Notes: a model not told the origin generated them from the letters alone. A stretch of DNA of 64,000 bases from Elusimicrobiota bacterium (GCA_003450735.1 DMEZ01000037.1:2263-66262); one strand, 5' to 3'; shown: positions 1 to 9,949, counted from the stretch's first letter. Translations and numbers: made by a program.

Positions 1-662
1 AAGACCTTGGCATCAGCGACCAAGCGCTCTGGCCCTGTCTGGGCCCCAACCAGATCTGCAATCCCGGACGCTGACCGAGGCTCGATTGAGAACTCGATTC
101 CCTGCTCGAAGAGATATTCGTACAAGTCATACGCGAGGTTCTTTTCTCCCTGTTGGGTGTCCGCGTTCCATAGTGCCGCAAGCCTGCTCCGCCGAAACCA
201 TTCGCAACGATGCTTGTAGCGCTTTAGCTGAGCGAGAATTGCTCGCTGATCGTCGAGTTGTTCGTCAATGTAATCGTATAAGGGCTCAAGGAATATTGAA
301 CGAAACGATTCTACACTTGCGTCGTCCTTTGAGTCCCGGTCGTACCGGTGGCCTACTGAACCCTCGATACCTTGGTCTGTATGGGCGACACACTTCTTGA
401 TCACGAAGTATGACGCGGCAACGATTTCCATCTCCGTGCTAAAGCCGGGTGTCTGACCTTGTAGGATTTTGTCAGCCTCCGCCGCCATCTCTGGCTTCTT
501 CTTTTCAAGCTCTTCCAGTACTGAGGACAGAAGAGAATCTCCCTGAAGGAATCCCCAGTACTGCTTGAGGCCGAGGTGGAACAGCTGAAGGCCTGTCGAG
601 TTCAGTCGGCGCGTGCGCTTTTGAAGCTTGTATCGGAGACTTCGAATCAGTTCGTTATTCAT
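1..662 (-). CDS. Hypothetical protein. Start at 662; C-terminus runs off the window edge, about 220 aa visible.
   Basis: Open frame on the minus strand from ATG 662-660 (MNNELIRSLRYKLQKRTRRL...) to position 1 with no stop. AGGTG RBS 8 nt upstream overlaps the stop of the preceding ORF. Absent from the ORF track because it is edge-truncated. Confidence 0.5.
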   Translation of the reverse strand, partial: MNNELIRSLRYKLQKRTRRLNSTGLQLFHLGLKQYWGFLQGDSLLSSVLEELEKKKPEMAAEADKILQGQTPGFSTEMEIVAASYFVIKKCVAHTDQGIEGSVGHRYDRDSKDDASVESFRSIFLEPLYDYIDEQLDDQRAILAQLKRYKHRCEWFRRSRLAALWNADTQQGEKNLAYDLYEYLFEQGIEFSIEPRSASGIADLVGAQTGPERLVADAKV

Positions 663-669
663 TGGGCAC

Positions 670-906
670 CTATGACCGAATGTTGATTGTCATTCCTTTG
701 AGCGTATTATTCAGTTCTTCTATCGCCCGCCTGAATCGATGAATAGTCTTGCGACATTCGTTCATCTGATCGTCCAGCTGGATATTGCGTTTGCATCCGC
801 CGCAGATTACGATGTCTCGCAACCTAGCCTGCTTCAAGAATATGGTGTTGTAGAAGCTGCAATTGGGGCAGGGAAACTCTATTGGATGCTTGTCGAGCCG
901 AATCAC
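670..906 (-). CDS. Small zinc-ribbon-like protein (CPNC...CGGC), GTG start
   Basis: 78-aa ORF with CxxC...CxxC spacing. A 7-nt gap separates it from the downstream ORF on the same strand, consistent with an operon. No clear RBS. Confidence 0.35.
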   Translation of the reverse strand: MIRLDKHPIEFPCPNCSFYNTIFLKQARLRDIVICGGCKRNIQLDDQMNECRKTIHRFRRAIEELNNTLKGMTINIRS

Positions 907-1114
907 ATTTGCATTTTACGATACCTGAAGCCAGCAGGGGCGTCGTAGGATGGCGTATCACGCTTCGGAGTTATTTATCCAAAGGTGTAGGGGCCACGCG
1001 CAGGCGTGAACCTCTTTTTATTCCTTACGGTTGTAAATCGGAACCCCCGGCACAGTCCCAGTTATCTAAAACTACCAGAGAAAGATATTTATACGAGCTG
1101 CTCTTGGATCCTGC

Positions 1115-1348
1115 ATGGAAAGCAGAACATTCACAGCAGTGCTCCATAGGGAAGAGGACATGTATGTTGCTGAATGTCCCGAAGTCGGTACCGTGAGCCA
1201 GGGCGTGAGCATTGAAGAGGCAGTCAACAATCTTAAGGAAGCGACCGGACTCTATCTGGAGGAATTCCCATTAGAGGGGCCAGAGAAGCCTCTAATGACG
1301 ATATTTGAGGTAAAAGATGTCAAGGCCAAGAAGAGTGTCCGGGCATGA
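1115..1348 (+). CDS. hicB: HicB-family antitoxin (UPF0150, short form without DNA-binding domain)
   Basis: TAVLHREEDMYVAECPEVGTVSQGVSIEEAVNNLKEATGLYLEE matches the HicB N-terminal fold consensus. Overlaps the downstream hicA. Confidence 0.8.
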   Translation: MESRTFTAVLHREEDMYVAECPEVGTVSQGVSIEEAVNNLKEATGLYLEEFPLEGPEKPLMTIFEVKDVKAKKSVRA

Positions 1349-1547
1349 GGTCGTAAAGATTCTCTGCAATCGATTTGGATTCTATGTGAGCGGGAGATCT
1401 GGAAGCCATGTCCGACTTGCCAAGGAGACCCCAACAGGAAAAATCGGTTGCGTCGTTCCTATGCATCCTGAATTGAAGACAGGCACTCTCAAAGGAATTC
1501 TCAGGCAAGCCAAGATATCAGAGGAGCAGTATTTGGCAGAGCTTTGA
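1317..1547 (+). CDS. hicA: HicA mRNA-interferase toxin (YcfA-like)
   Basis: VSGHEVVKILCNRFGFYVSGRSGSHVRL...VPMHPELKTGTLKGILRQAKIS matches the HicA consensus (GSHxxL, PxH, GTL). 32-nt overlap with hicB. Confidence 0.8.
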   Translation: MSRPRRVSGHEVVKILCNRFGFYVSGRSGSHVRLAKETPTGKIGCVVPMHPELKTGTLKGILRQAKISEEQYLAEL

Positions 1548-1574
1548 GCTGGCTCAGGGAGCTCTCTCGTAATT

Positions 1575-1973
1575 TCAGCGTCGTAGCCCACCAAAATAAA
1601 CTCCCGCGGACGTATCAAAGCAATGCTCAGGCGTTGCCGTGAAATGTCCCGAGGCGCACACGCTCTGCTCATAACGCTCATCAGAATACTTGAAGAAACT
1701 ATATTCCCATTCATCCTCGGATCCCAGATAGCCAAGCCGGCAAAGCTCCACAGGGGATGCTCCGAGAGGCGCGTAGCGCACCATTTGGATAGGACACACA
1801 TCTTTCGTTCCACGCTCCAGGGCTGCCAGATAAGCATAACGTCCATGGAAGCGTATGAGGATCATGGATATCTTCTGGCCCCATTTCCGTCTTGCATGCC
1901 GTAACAGGCGCGATTTCAAAGCCTCTCGAATAGGCTCAGGAATTGGGCATCGCGGATTTCTAACCCAAGTCAC
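1575..1973 (-). CDS. Hypothetical protein
   Basis: 132-aa ORF starting 7 nt after the stop of the upstream minus-strand gene. Protein-like composition. Competes with an alternative-frame ORF at 1382-1846. Confidence 0.35.
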   Translation of the reverse strand: MTWVRNPRCPIPEPIREALKSRLLRHARRKWGQKISMILIRFHGRYAYLAALERGTKDVCPIQMVRYAPLGASPVELCRLGYLGSEDEWEYSFFKYSDERYEQSVCASGHFTATPEHCFDTSAGVYFGGLRR

Positions 1974-1979
1974 TATTCC

Positions 1980-2732
1980 TCACAGAGGATACACATTCCC
2001 AGTTTCAAGCATCTTCCAGTAATCATTCATCTTCCCTATCGCCAAGCTCATGCCATCCCCTACTCGAGCCAACTTGGCCGCTTCAGCCGGCACTTGGACA
2101 GGCCCAATCTCCGCAGCCCCTTTCTTCGGCCTTGGTGAATCCTCATAGTCCTCATCGACGGGAACCAACCATAAGGCCGTCGGTCCGACTCGGGTCACGG
2201 TGAAATAGCCATCCAGTATTTCCGTCGGCTGCTTGTGATGGATTGCTTTTAAAACAGCTGCCTTCCGGGCGTAGGCTTTTGGATCTCGCCGCCATTCTTC
2301 GAATTTAGGCAAATCGCGTTGGGCAAACTCATATAGGAGCCTAGACAGCTTCTCGCATCGCTCCGGCTCACCCTTCAGCTCCTCAAACACCCTCGTCATT
2401 TCCCTGTGGACCTTTTCGCTGATGACAGCCTTTGCCCACAACCATTCGACGAATTCCATGAGCATTGGCGCATATTCCGCCTTGTTGTCACAGATGACCT
2501 TCTGGATAATGAACCAAGACAAGAAATGGCGGAAGTGCCAGGCCTCAAGCTTTGAGATTTTGGCAAGGACGATCAAAGGCGCTTGCTCCACATTCGATTC
2601 CAACTCTCCGTAGCCGGCAAGGTAGTCATTAAACAGTCTCATGACTCCCTTTCGACTGTCTTTGGCCTTTCTATTCCCCTTTGCTTCCTTGATGAAGTCG
2701 GAAATGATGTCGCTGATTGTTTTCTGTCCCAT
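1980..2732 (-). CDS. Hypothetical protein
   Basis: The ORF extends to 2747, but an AGGAG RBS 7 nt upstream of the internal ATG (MGQKTISDI...) supports a start at 2732. Confidence 0.5.
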   Translation of the reverse strand: MGQKTISDIISDFIKEAKGNRKAKDSRKGVMRLFNDYLAGYGELESNVEQAPLIVLAKISKLEAWHFRHFLSWFIIQKVICDNKAEYAPMLMEFVEWLWAKAVISEKVHREMTRVFEELKGEPERCEKLSRLLYEFAQRDLPKFEEWRRDPKAYARKAAVLKAIHHKQPTEILDGYFTVTRVGPTALWLVPVDEDYEDSPRPKKGAAEIGPVQVPAEAAKLARVGDGMSLAIGKMNDYWKMLETGNVYPL

Positions 2733-2925
2733 GCTATCTCCTACCAAGGTTCGAAGTGATATGAAATGTTGACCTTATGGTTCTGATGCGCCATGAGCTT
2801 TTGCAGAGTCGGGCTCGTTGTATTGTTCCATATCCTCTTCATCCCGAAGTAGAGAGACAGCTTGATCTTTTCTTTGCAGGCGAGGCATTCGATAACCATT
2901 TTCACACACCCTTGTCTTCCCATTC

Positions 2926-3930
2926 TTATGAAACCCGGCCGACGTGCCGACCACGCAGTCTCCGCTGTTCAACTACTGCCTCGCGAATAACTGCCCAGCC
3001 ATTACGGGCTCTGGTCGCGGCAAGAACAAGCTCGGCAATTTGCTCTCTCCCATCCTCAGGCTTGGGAAAGGAGGTGCCGTCTTTGACAAATCGCTCGGCG
3101 AAGGCTAGACGCACCTTGCGATCTGGCCTCTTGAGGACATTGGAGTAGGCCTCGCAGACGAAAGCGAACAGCTCACGAGAATCAAAGCGGACATCCAGAA
3201 ATCTCTCTTGACCCCGTCTGACAGTCAATCCGAAGTTCTCGGGCTTGAGATAGTGAAGAAGATGCGCGGCCTCATGGATCACGACATCGCAGTAAGGATC
3301 AGCTTTCTTCTGCGCGGAAGGCTTCACATGCGCAAAGGCCCCAGCAGACAATCCATCCATCCCGAGCTTGAGTCCTCTTGGAGCCAAGCCGTAGTCATGG
3401 AAGTAGAGCCAGAGCACCTGCCAGGCTTCGCCTATCCACGTCGTGGACATCTCCGCTTCCATCGCGGCCAAAGTCGTTTCATGGTTCAGGACGAAGACTC
3501 GGAGCCCGAGCTCGCGCAGGGCAACCTCTCTCCAGTCGGGCTGTATGAGACCATCGACCATTGGCCGGACCAAATTCTGAACACCGTCGGCCGTGACCGT
3601 GGGCACTCGCCTGGCCTCGGGAGGAAGATATCTGGCCAAGAGACAAAACAGATGCCTGAGAGCGGCGTATTTGCGCTTCTTTCGTTCTTGAGCGTTACGC
3701 ATCCATTCCAGAATGTTTCCTTCGGGAACAGAATCCTCTGAAGCCTTCTCCCCTGTGCGGAGGAAAGCTTTTATGGCCCTTGCTTCCCGCTGATTGCCGG
3801 GAGAGGCATGTCCTGCCGCCTCTGCGATGCAGGAATCAACGATCTGCCGAGGTGTTTTCCGGGAACTGGACATCGATGAAGAATACCAAAATGGGGACAT
3901 CTCGAGCCCTGGGGAGGAAACGCGTCGCAT
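2926..3930 (-). CDS. Putative zinc metallopeptidase (HExxH; HEAAHLLH, ImmA/IrrE-like spacing). Start uncertain.
   Basis: 334-aa ORF containing VVIHEAAHLLHYL. No clear RBS at any of the candidate starts (3930, 3900, 3873). Confidence 0.5.
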   Translation of the reverse strand: MRRVSSPGLEMSPFWYSSSMSSSRKTPRQIVDSCIAEAAGHASPGNQREARAIKAFLRTGEKASEDSVPEGNILEWMRNAQERKKRKYAALRHLFCLLARYLPPEARRVPTVTADGVQNLVRPMVDGLIQPDWREVALRELGLRVFVLNHETTLAAMEAEMSTTWIGEAWQVLWLYFHDYGLAPRGLKLGMDGLSAGAFAHVKPSAQKKADPYCDVVIHEAAHLLHYLKPENFGLTVRRGQERFLDVRFDSRELFAFVCEAYSNVLKRPDRKVRLAFAERFVKDGTSFPKPEDGREQIAELVLAATRARNGWAVIREAVVEQRRLRGRHVGRVS

Positions 3931-3986
3931 AACAGTGGTGGCAAGTATACGATCTAAACTGCGAGCTGCCTTGCAGATACAAGGTG

Positions 3987-4547
3987 TTACTTGTAGTCAA
4001 TATGCCAATAGCAGCTTTCGACACCTTTCCCTGTTCGAGTATAGACGTATGATTTGTCATTCTTGAACTCGACAGTCAGCAGCCCGTTATCCAGTTTCAT
4101 TTGCCCGCCATTGAGCGCTTCCGGCGAGATTGAGAATGATTCGGAAAGCCGAGTCTTGGCTAATTCAATGGCATCTTCCAGCTTCAATTCTCCCAATTCT
4201 TTAGCAGGCTCTGGACAATATCTGTCTACAAGGCGTCGTATCTGAATTACTAAAAGCACTCCGAGAAGATGCATGGTTGCGTTAATGGCGGGATCATGGA
4301 GAATAATGTTGATGAGGCCACTTTCTGCACTCGCCCCATGTTCAAAGCGACTCTTTGTGACTGAAGACTCCCAACCATCTCCTTTTTCCTTGCAGATTAT
4401 GTCTTCAACCTCACGAGCTAGATTATAGAAGTCTGACACATCTGGAATGTCGTATACAAAAATCTGATAGTTGCCCACACATTCCGGTTTTGTACCGGCA
4501 TAATTCCAGTTTTCTAGTTGTGTAATTGAAATCTTAATTCTATCCAT
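3987..4547 (-). CDS. Hypothetical protein
   Basis: 186-aa ORF with AGGAGA RBS 6 nt upstream of the ATG. Confidence 0.55.
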   Translation of the reverse strand: MDRIKISITQLENWNYAGTKPECVGNYQIFVYDIPDVSDFYNLAREVEDIICKEKGDGWESSVTKSRFEHGASAESGLINIILHDPAINATMHLLGVLLVIQIRRLVDRYCPEPAKELGELKLEDAIELAKTRLSESFSISPEALNGGQMKLDNGLLTVEFKNDKSYVYTRTGKGVESCYWHIDYK

Positions 4548-4623
4548 AGGATCTCCTGATTGATTAACTGAATGGCGTTCTAAGTGCTGACAGAAATAGG
4601 CTCGTAAATGCTGGACAAACGAT

Positions 4624-4836
4624 TTAGATAACTCCTGCTTTGAGCATGGCCCATAAAGCTATAACCCCGAGCAGCACTAGGAGCAGCCACATCCACAGTT
4701 TCCGCGGCGCTGGCGCCGAGTCAATCTTGCCAGCCTCGGGCGTGCCACGCCGACGCCTTTCGATCTCGAGAAAGGCTTGCCGCTTAAAGTCCGGCTCATC
4801 GCGTTGCATAGTCGCCGACAAATATATTCGATCCAA
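4624..4836 (-). CDS. Small protein with C-terminal transmembrane helix
   Basis: 70-aa ORF ending LWMWLLLVLLGVIALWAMLKAGVI. No RBS. Confidence 0.3.
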   Translation of the reverse strand: MDRIYLSATMQRDEPDFKRQAFLEIERRRRGTPEAGKIDSAPAPRKLWMWLLLVLLGVIALWAMLKAGVI

Positions 4837-5127
4837 GCGCTTCAGTGATTCTGATTTGAAGTAAGGCTCTGTCCAGGCGTCGGTGGCATCGAGAGGGGCC
4901 GGCGCTTTGCTTGTGCCGGTGCTGGCGCAGTAGCGAAACCGAGAAGGCCTGGGTGCCTATTATCGCCAATGTTCATCGCCAACAGAATGCCGGTCGATCC
5001 AGCATAGCCTTTCACACGCACGCCGTTGTTCTCTATGAGTTTTCTCATGAAATTGCTTGCTCCCTAAAGTAGGCCTATCGGAACTTCAAAGAGTCTCTGC
5101 TTAAGACTACATCATGTCCGTCTCATT

Positions 5128-5313
5128 CTATTTATTGCCATGCTGGCCGTCCCACTTCTCTTTAGCTACCTTCTCTGCTTCTTCAGCAGTGCGCCCCCTT
5201 CCCTCGACCTTGTGTTCACCATCAGAGATAGTCGCCTTGTAGTGGTGGTCGCCTAAGAGACGCTCCACAAGAAAGCTATCCTTCTCCGTCCTCGATTTCT
5301 TTTCAGTATCCAT
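5128..5313 (-). CDS. Small hydrophilic protein (61 aa)
   Basis: GGAGGG RBS upstream of the internal ATG (MDTEKKSRTEKDSFLVERLLGDHHYK...). The longer 135-aa ORF call overlaps the divergent gene. Confidence 0.4.
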   Translation of the reverse strand: MDTEKKSRTEKDSFLVERLLGDHHYKATISDGEHKVEGRGRTAEEAEKVAKEKWDGQHGNK

Positions 5314-5567
5314 GAGCATCCCTCCGTCTGACCTTAGGACATGAGTATAATACCACAACGGCGTCGGTTGTCGAGTTGTCAGCATCGGCCTGAAGGAGTC
5401 CTCGTCGCCGAAGTGCTCCCGGCCATGGTCCCGTGTGGTACAATCACCTAAGGCTTGATGGACAACGCCGACGTTCAGGATTTGTGTGCCGAGGGCATTC
5501 ACATCAGGTTGGCGTTGGAGGAGTTCGGGGAACATCTTATAGTTCCAGCGGAGTGGAGGAGGTTATA

Positions 5568-5990
5568 ATGGCAGACCCTAGATTCGAAGAAATTCAGACA
5601 ATCCAACAACTCACGAAAGCACTTTCAGTAGAAGACACTGTTTGGCTGCTAATTCTCGGAGATGGGCCCTGGCGGGAAGATGTATTGAATAAGGCGAAGG
5701 AGCAAGTCACCGACCAGCCACAATTCATGGCGCTCTGGCTGAAAGACATCAGCATATTGACCTCTGAGCAACTGAAGCATTTCATTGGCGATAATGTAGG
5801 AGCGGTTGCCTGTGGCATAGCAAAGAATGGCGGCATGGCAGAGGAACGGCTTGATGCAGCCACAGCCAAAAAGGGTGCTCGGCTCGGCCGGCTTCTTCAT
5901 CAAGCAGAATCCTACAAAGGACATGGATTCTGCCTTATCCATGGGGACTTTGATGGGAATAAATGCCAAAAGTGTATTCCCAATGCGTAA
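5568..5990 (+). CDS. Hypothetical protein, C-terminal Cys motif CLIHGDFDGNKCQKC
   Basis: GGAGG RBS before ATG 5568 (MADPRFEEIQ...). First gene of a six-gene same-strand run. Confidence 0.5.
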   Translation: MADPRFEEIQTIQQLTKALSVEDTVWLLILGDGPWREDVLNKAKEQVTDQPQFMALWLKDISILTSEQLKHFIGDNVGAVACGIAKNGGMAEERLDAATAKKGARLGRLLHQAESYKGHGFCLIHGDFDGNKCQKCIPNA

Positions 5991-8061
5991 CCCAACCCAA
6001 TATACAAACAGCACCCGGTTGCTTCCGTCAATTCTTGTGTTTTTGATTGCATCCCTCGCATCGCCTACTCATGGTGCTTCCCGGGTAGGCAATAACATCC
6101 CTCTGGGACAGGGCATTGCATTCACGGAATTCGACGACGGGAACAAGCCCCGTGATTTGGTCAATGCTGCTGATGTTTACGAAGCTGATGTGAATAGCAC
6201 TCTTCTTATCAAGCTTGATGCGCTTGCGATTGCCGCCTCGCTACCCCAGAGTGAAGCTGTAAGAGCTCCAACTCCGCCGACTCCTCCGGAGACGGTCCAG
6301 AAACGAGAGCAACTGTTTCGTTCACTCAGCACCCTCAACGATTATCTTTCAATTTGTCGCAGAATTGCCGTCTTGTTTGAAAACCGTTCGACAGGCACCG
6401 CAATCCCAGGGCTACCCGAGCTCATGTCTCAGCACGGGACAGCATATATCCGATTGCAGGATGATCTTCTGGCATATCTGACAGTTAGTCAACAAGACTC
6501 CAAACAGGGGAAGAGCGCTGTCGACGTGCGCGACGAGCTATTTGAGGGGCCGCTTAAGGTGTGGAGCAGCAAGGTCCAATCGTTTCTGCAAGAGGAGATT
6601 CAACGATTGGACCAGGAATCAGCACGGCGGTTGGCTGAGATAAAAGCCAACGCAAACCCCTTTTCACTTCAGCTTAGCGCAGAATTGGTTAGGAAAGGTG
6701 AGCGCATTAAACGGATTCATTTGCCTGGCTATGACAGCCACGAAGAGGGAGAGTACAAGCCAATCGACAAGATTTCCTTTTCTATGCCGGATGAAGAAAA
6801 GAAGAAGCTTCAGTCTGAGATGGACTTCAATCGCGAAATCGCATCGCGACTAAATGAAACACGGGATCTTAGAAAGAGCCTCCTTGAGGCGTTGTCTCGC
6901 ATTTCAGAGACGGCGATTTCCAGAGCGCGAACATTCTGTCAGGAGACGAGGAATACCTCGAATGAAATCCAAGCCCTCGTCACCTCAAGCATAATTGAGG
7001 AACGCGCTCAGGGATATGAGTTGCTTGAAGGCGAGGCAAAACCGGTCGTAGACGGCCAGCTGAAGGAATTTCAGCGAATTATTAGTTCGAATGTTGATGC
7101 GGTTCGGACATTTCAAACCACTATTGAACAGCGGCTGCCCACTGCGACAAAATTAGCTTCTCTTCAAGAGGCCAATGACCCTATAGATGTCCTGGATCAA
7201 TTTCTGAAGCTTACGACCGAAGTGCCTTCTACCCTGAACTCTGCCTATAATGAACTTCAGCAGCAGTCAGAAGTCATTCGCAGTTCCTTCACGAACTTTG
7301 GGCGGAGTCTGGAAAGCAGTATTAAATCCTTATCGGGCGCCGCTCGAACAGCAGTTGATATTGAAAAGGCGCGCCGTGAGAAGCTACTGCAAGATATTAG
7401 GAGCAAGCTTGAGGTCTATAAAGCCTCTCAAGTTGATCCCTTTGTGGATTTTCTAGAGGGACTCAAGAGAAATGCTGACAAGCTACGATCCAGCGCCGTT
7501 CCAACATTAGCGTTGAGCAAGGGTTTAGACCCTTCTCTGATCGACGAGAAGACAATAATAAGGGCATTTGGATCCATAATAGACACAAAGATCAGCATAC
7601 CGCGGAGCGGCAGAATAGAAGGCGACCAGATTGAGCTACATATTGTCGCTCGGCAGAGCGGCCCGGCATTCGAGCCTATCCAGAAAGCACCAATTCTTGG
7701 TGAGCGTGTCCCCACATTTACTTTAAAGAAGTTCGGAGCTTATAGCGAATTCTCCACAGGTGCGGCTGCTTTCTTCAATACAGTCAACTCAAACAAAACT
7801 GAGTTCGGTGCACTCACAACATGGGTACTTCATAAACGTTCACGAACCAGTTCAGCCTGGAATATTGTCAACACTGGCATAGGTATGCACGCGGCAGGCA
7901 TTTCCAGTGGACTCGGAATAGGAGCCTCACTGCATCTATTCCCGGGGAACTTCTTCCAGGCTGGTGGGGGCCGTACCATGCGGTCTACAGGCGATAATCA
8001 ATGGTATTGGTTCGTTGGCCTACGCCTAGCAAACTTCAAGATGCCAACAATGAGCAATTGA
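5983..8061 (+). CDS. Large secreted coiled-coil protein (692 aa) with N-terminal signal peptide
   Basis: ATG 5983 overlaps the stop of the previous gene. MRNPTQYTNSTRLLPSILVFLIASLASPTHGAS is signal-peptide-like. Long E/K/Q/L-rich helical regions. Gly-rich C-terminus. Confidence 0.6.
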   Translation: MRNPTQYTNSTRLLPSILVFLIASLASPTHGASRVGNNIPLGQGIAFTEFDDGNKPRDLVNAADVYEADVNSTLLIKLDALAIAASLPQSEAVRAPTPPTPPETVQKREQLFRSLSTLNDYLSICRRIAVLFENRSTGTAIPGLPELMSQHGTAYIRLQDDLLAYLTVSQQDSKQGKSAVDVRDELFEGPLKVWSSKVQSFLQEEIQRLDQESARRLAEIKANANPFSLQLSAELVRKGERIKRIHLPGYDSHEEGEYKPIDKISFSMPDEEKKKLQSEMDFNREIASRLNETRDLRKSLLEALSRISETAISRARTFCQETRNTSNEIQALVTSSIIEERAQGYELLEGEAKPVVDGQLKEFQRIISSNVDAVRTFQTTIEQRLPTATKLASLQEANDPIDVLDQFLKLTTEVPSTLNSAYNELQQQSEVIRSSFTNFGRSLESSIKSLSGAARTAVDIEKARREKLLQDIRSKLEVYKASQVDPFVDFLEGLKRNADKLRSSAVPTLALSKGLDPSLIDEKTIIRAFGSIIDTKISIPRSGRIEGDQIELHIVARQSGPAFEPIQKAPILGERVPTFTLKKFGAYSEFSTGAAAFFNTVNSNKTEFGALTTWVLHKRSRTSSAWNIVNTGIGMHAAGISSGLGIGASLHLFPGNFFQAGGGRTMRSTGDNQWYWFVGLRLANFKMPTMSN

Positions 8062-8068
8062 GGCTAAC

Positions 8069-8977
8069 ATGGGACAACTGATTGCGATGTGCTATCCGAC
8101 GAAATTGTTTCTGAATGCTGCCGACCACACCTATGTACGGTGTTGCACTACTGGCAAGAAAGCCTGGGGCTGCTGGGGAGGCAAGGCCCGAGGAACCCCA
8201 CTTCGCTCAGGTTTAGGCAGCACTGCCCGGGCGGATGCCATAGCCGGGTCTGATGAACGTGCAGGAATTTCGTGCTATTTGATTAACGGCGTCTGCCACC
8301 AGGCCGCAAACCGCATCATGTTGCCAGCAGGTATTACTGTTATGGGGGCGCGTGGCTATGGCGTCTCTGAAGCTCTGTTTGGCACATACGGAAGGCCGCG
8401 GGGCTTCTTAGGTCTCTGCAATGCGCCCTTCAATCAGTACTCAAATGTCACGGGAGATCTGGCAGAATGCGTTGCTGAGCCGGCAATTCCGAAGCCTAGG
8501 GGCCTGATGAGCTTCAAGACGGTACCCCAGGAAGAAGACAAAAAGCATCGGGCATATCTTGATGGTGTCCTTAAAATCTACGCGAAAACAGAGTTCATTT
8601 CCAATATTAAATCTCTAATCGCTGGTCGTGATTTGGAGGAATTTCATGTAGAGCTATTTGCCCATCAGACCAAATTCCGCCTTGGTGCACAGATGAAGGA
8701 AACTCTTGCCAGCAAATTGCAGGACATACGTCGTTCGACAGAACGTTCTCGCATGAAGATTGAGGACTACTATACCAGGAAACAATTGAAGCTGAATGAG
8801 TTTGTCGATGAATTCAACAGAGAGACTAAGGTGTTCCAACACGCCATAGCCGGCGTATTATCCCCCAAGCAATACAAGGCTCTTTTTGGTTTAGCGCCTG
8901 GAGAAACAATTGTTCTGGCTGATCCAGATATCGTGAAGAATGCATTCAGTCAGAAATTGAAGCGTCTTGAGTCGTAA
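8069..8977 (+). CDS. Hypothetical protein. N-terminal Cys/His-rich domain (DHTYVRCCTTGKKAWGCWGG...CHQAAN), C-terminal helical domain.
   Basis: 302-aa ORF starting 8 nt after the preceding gene. Conserved-looking Cys/His motifs of unknown family. Confidence 0.55.
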   Translation: MGQLIAMCYPTKLFLNAADHTYVRCCTTGKKAWGCWGGKARGTPLRSGLGSTARADAIAGSDERAGISCYLINGVCHQAANRIMLPAGITVMGARGYGVSEALFGTYGRPRGFLGLCNAPFNQYSNVTGDLAECVAEPAIPKPRGLMSFKTVPQEEDKKHRAYLDGVLKIYAKTEFISNIKSLIAGRDLEEFHVELFAHQTKFRLGAQMKETLASKLQDIRRSTERSRMKIEDYYTRKQLKLNEFVDEFNRETKVFQHAIAGVLSPKQYKALFGLAPGETIVLADPDIVKNAFSQKLKRLES

Positions 8978-9008
8978 ACAGACATAATACAGGAGCCTGT
9001 ATCGCGTC

Positions 9009-9422
9009 ATGCAGCCACAGTTTGACCATGGGCCTCGTCTAACAGACGAAGAGTACGAGAAAAGAATCATTGCTCTTCAAAAGGCTCTTCCGCCCATGCC
9101 TTCAAAAGAAATGGATAGGGCTTCTCGTCGTGCCGCCCTGAACCTAGCCATTGACCACCGCCTCGGCGTAGACTTTCCAATCAAGCGACGCGAGGCGCTC
9201 TGGGCCATACAAGAGAATGTTGAGAAACGGAGGCTCTGGCTCGTATTCCATCACATCCTAAAAGACCTCTTCAGACAAAGCCTTGCCTCTAAAGCTCAGG
9301 GATTGGCGCGCTTTCTCGTAGATGAATACGCAAAAGTTCTTACCCAAGCAGAGCTAGATAGTTTCTTCGGTTCTGATGAGGCCAAGAATCCGACATTGCC
9401 TATCGATGAGCGGAAGCTGTAA
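9009..9422 (+). CDS. Hypothetical protein
   Basis: 137-aa ORF on the same strand as its neighbours. Confidence 0.45.
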   Translation: MQPQFDHGPRLTDEEYEKRIIALQKALPPMPSKEMDRASRRAALNLAIDHRLGVDFPIKRREALWAIQENVEKRRLWLVFHHILKDLFRQSLASKAQGLARFLVDEYAKVLTQAELDSFFGSDEAKNPTLPIDERKL

Positions 9423-9511
9423 TGACGCTTCGTTAGGCCCAATGAAGGCATAGCAGCGGAATGTCCAGAGTGCGAGAAAACGGAAGCGAAACTGCTCTAG
9501 ATTGAGGTGTT

Positions 9512-9949
9512 ATGGCAGACATTCAGGTTTCTTCGATACCAAATCTTGATATCTGGAAGCAAAAGCCGCAAGTGGTTAAGGATGCCGAACTAGACGCGGC
9601 TTTTGAAATTGTTTGGCGGGATTGCTTGACTGAGTATCGTGAGGCGGAGTTGTCGAGGGTACATATCCTGTTGACTGAGATGAATCGGCGATCAGCTAGA
9701 CAGAACTACCGTTTATCTATCGGCATAGCCATACTTGCCCTGACTGTTGCGTTACTATCTTTTGGGGTTGGGATATCCATTAGAGGGGGGAATGCTAGAT
9801 TCAACAAGCAGGTTATTGAATCTTTGAATGAAGGGAATGAAGCCATTAGAGATTTGACATCTAAATTCCAACAACTCCTGGATGCTAATACCACGAGACC
9901 CCAACCGTCGATCGAGTTAAAGAAAGTCAACAAACACAACCGCGGATGA
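9512..9949 (+). CDS. Hypothetical membrane protein with one transmembrane helix
   Basis: 145-aa ORF with hydrophobic segment LSIGIAILALTVALLSFGVGI. Confidence 0.45.
   Translation: MADIQVSSIPNLDIWKQKPQVVKDAELDAAFEIVWRDCLTEYREAELSRVHILLTEMNRRSARQNYRLSIGIAILALTVALLSFGVGISIRGGNARFNKQVIESLNEGNEAIRDLTSKFQQLLDANTTRPQPSIELKKVNKHNRG

Noticed and set aside
94-105. 12-nt match (tcgattccctgc) to the T-arm/acceptor region of the tRNA-Ala, considered as a possible distal att repeat
   Set aside because: It lies inside the coding region of the first ORF, on the wrong side for a canonical 3'-end tRNA duplication, and a 12-mer match is plausibly chance in 64 kb. The real island end is probably beyond the window.
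4842-5048. 68-aa minus ORF whose first about 30 aa look protein-like (MRKLIENNGVRVKGYAGSTG...)
   Set aside because: The remainder is Pro/Ala-rich and it has no RBS. It may be a decayed gene fragment, so it was not called.
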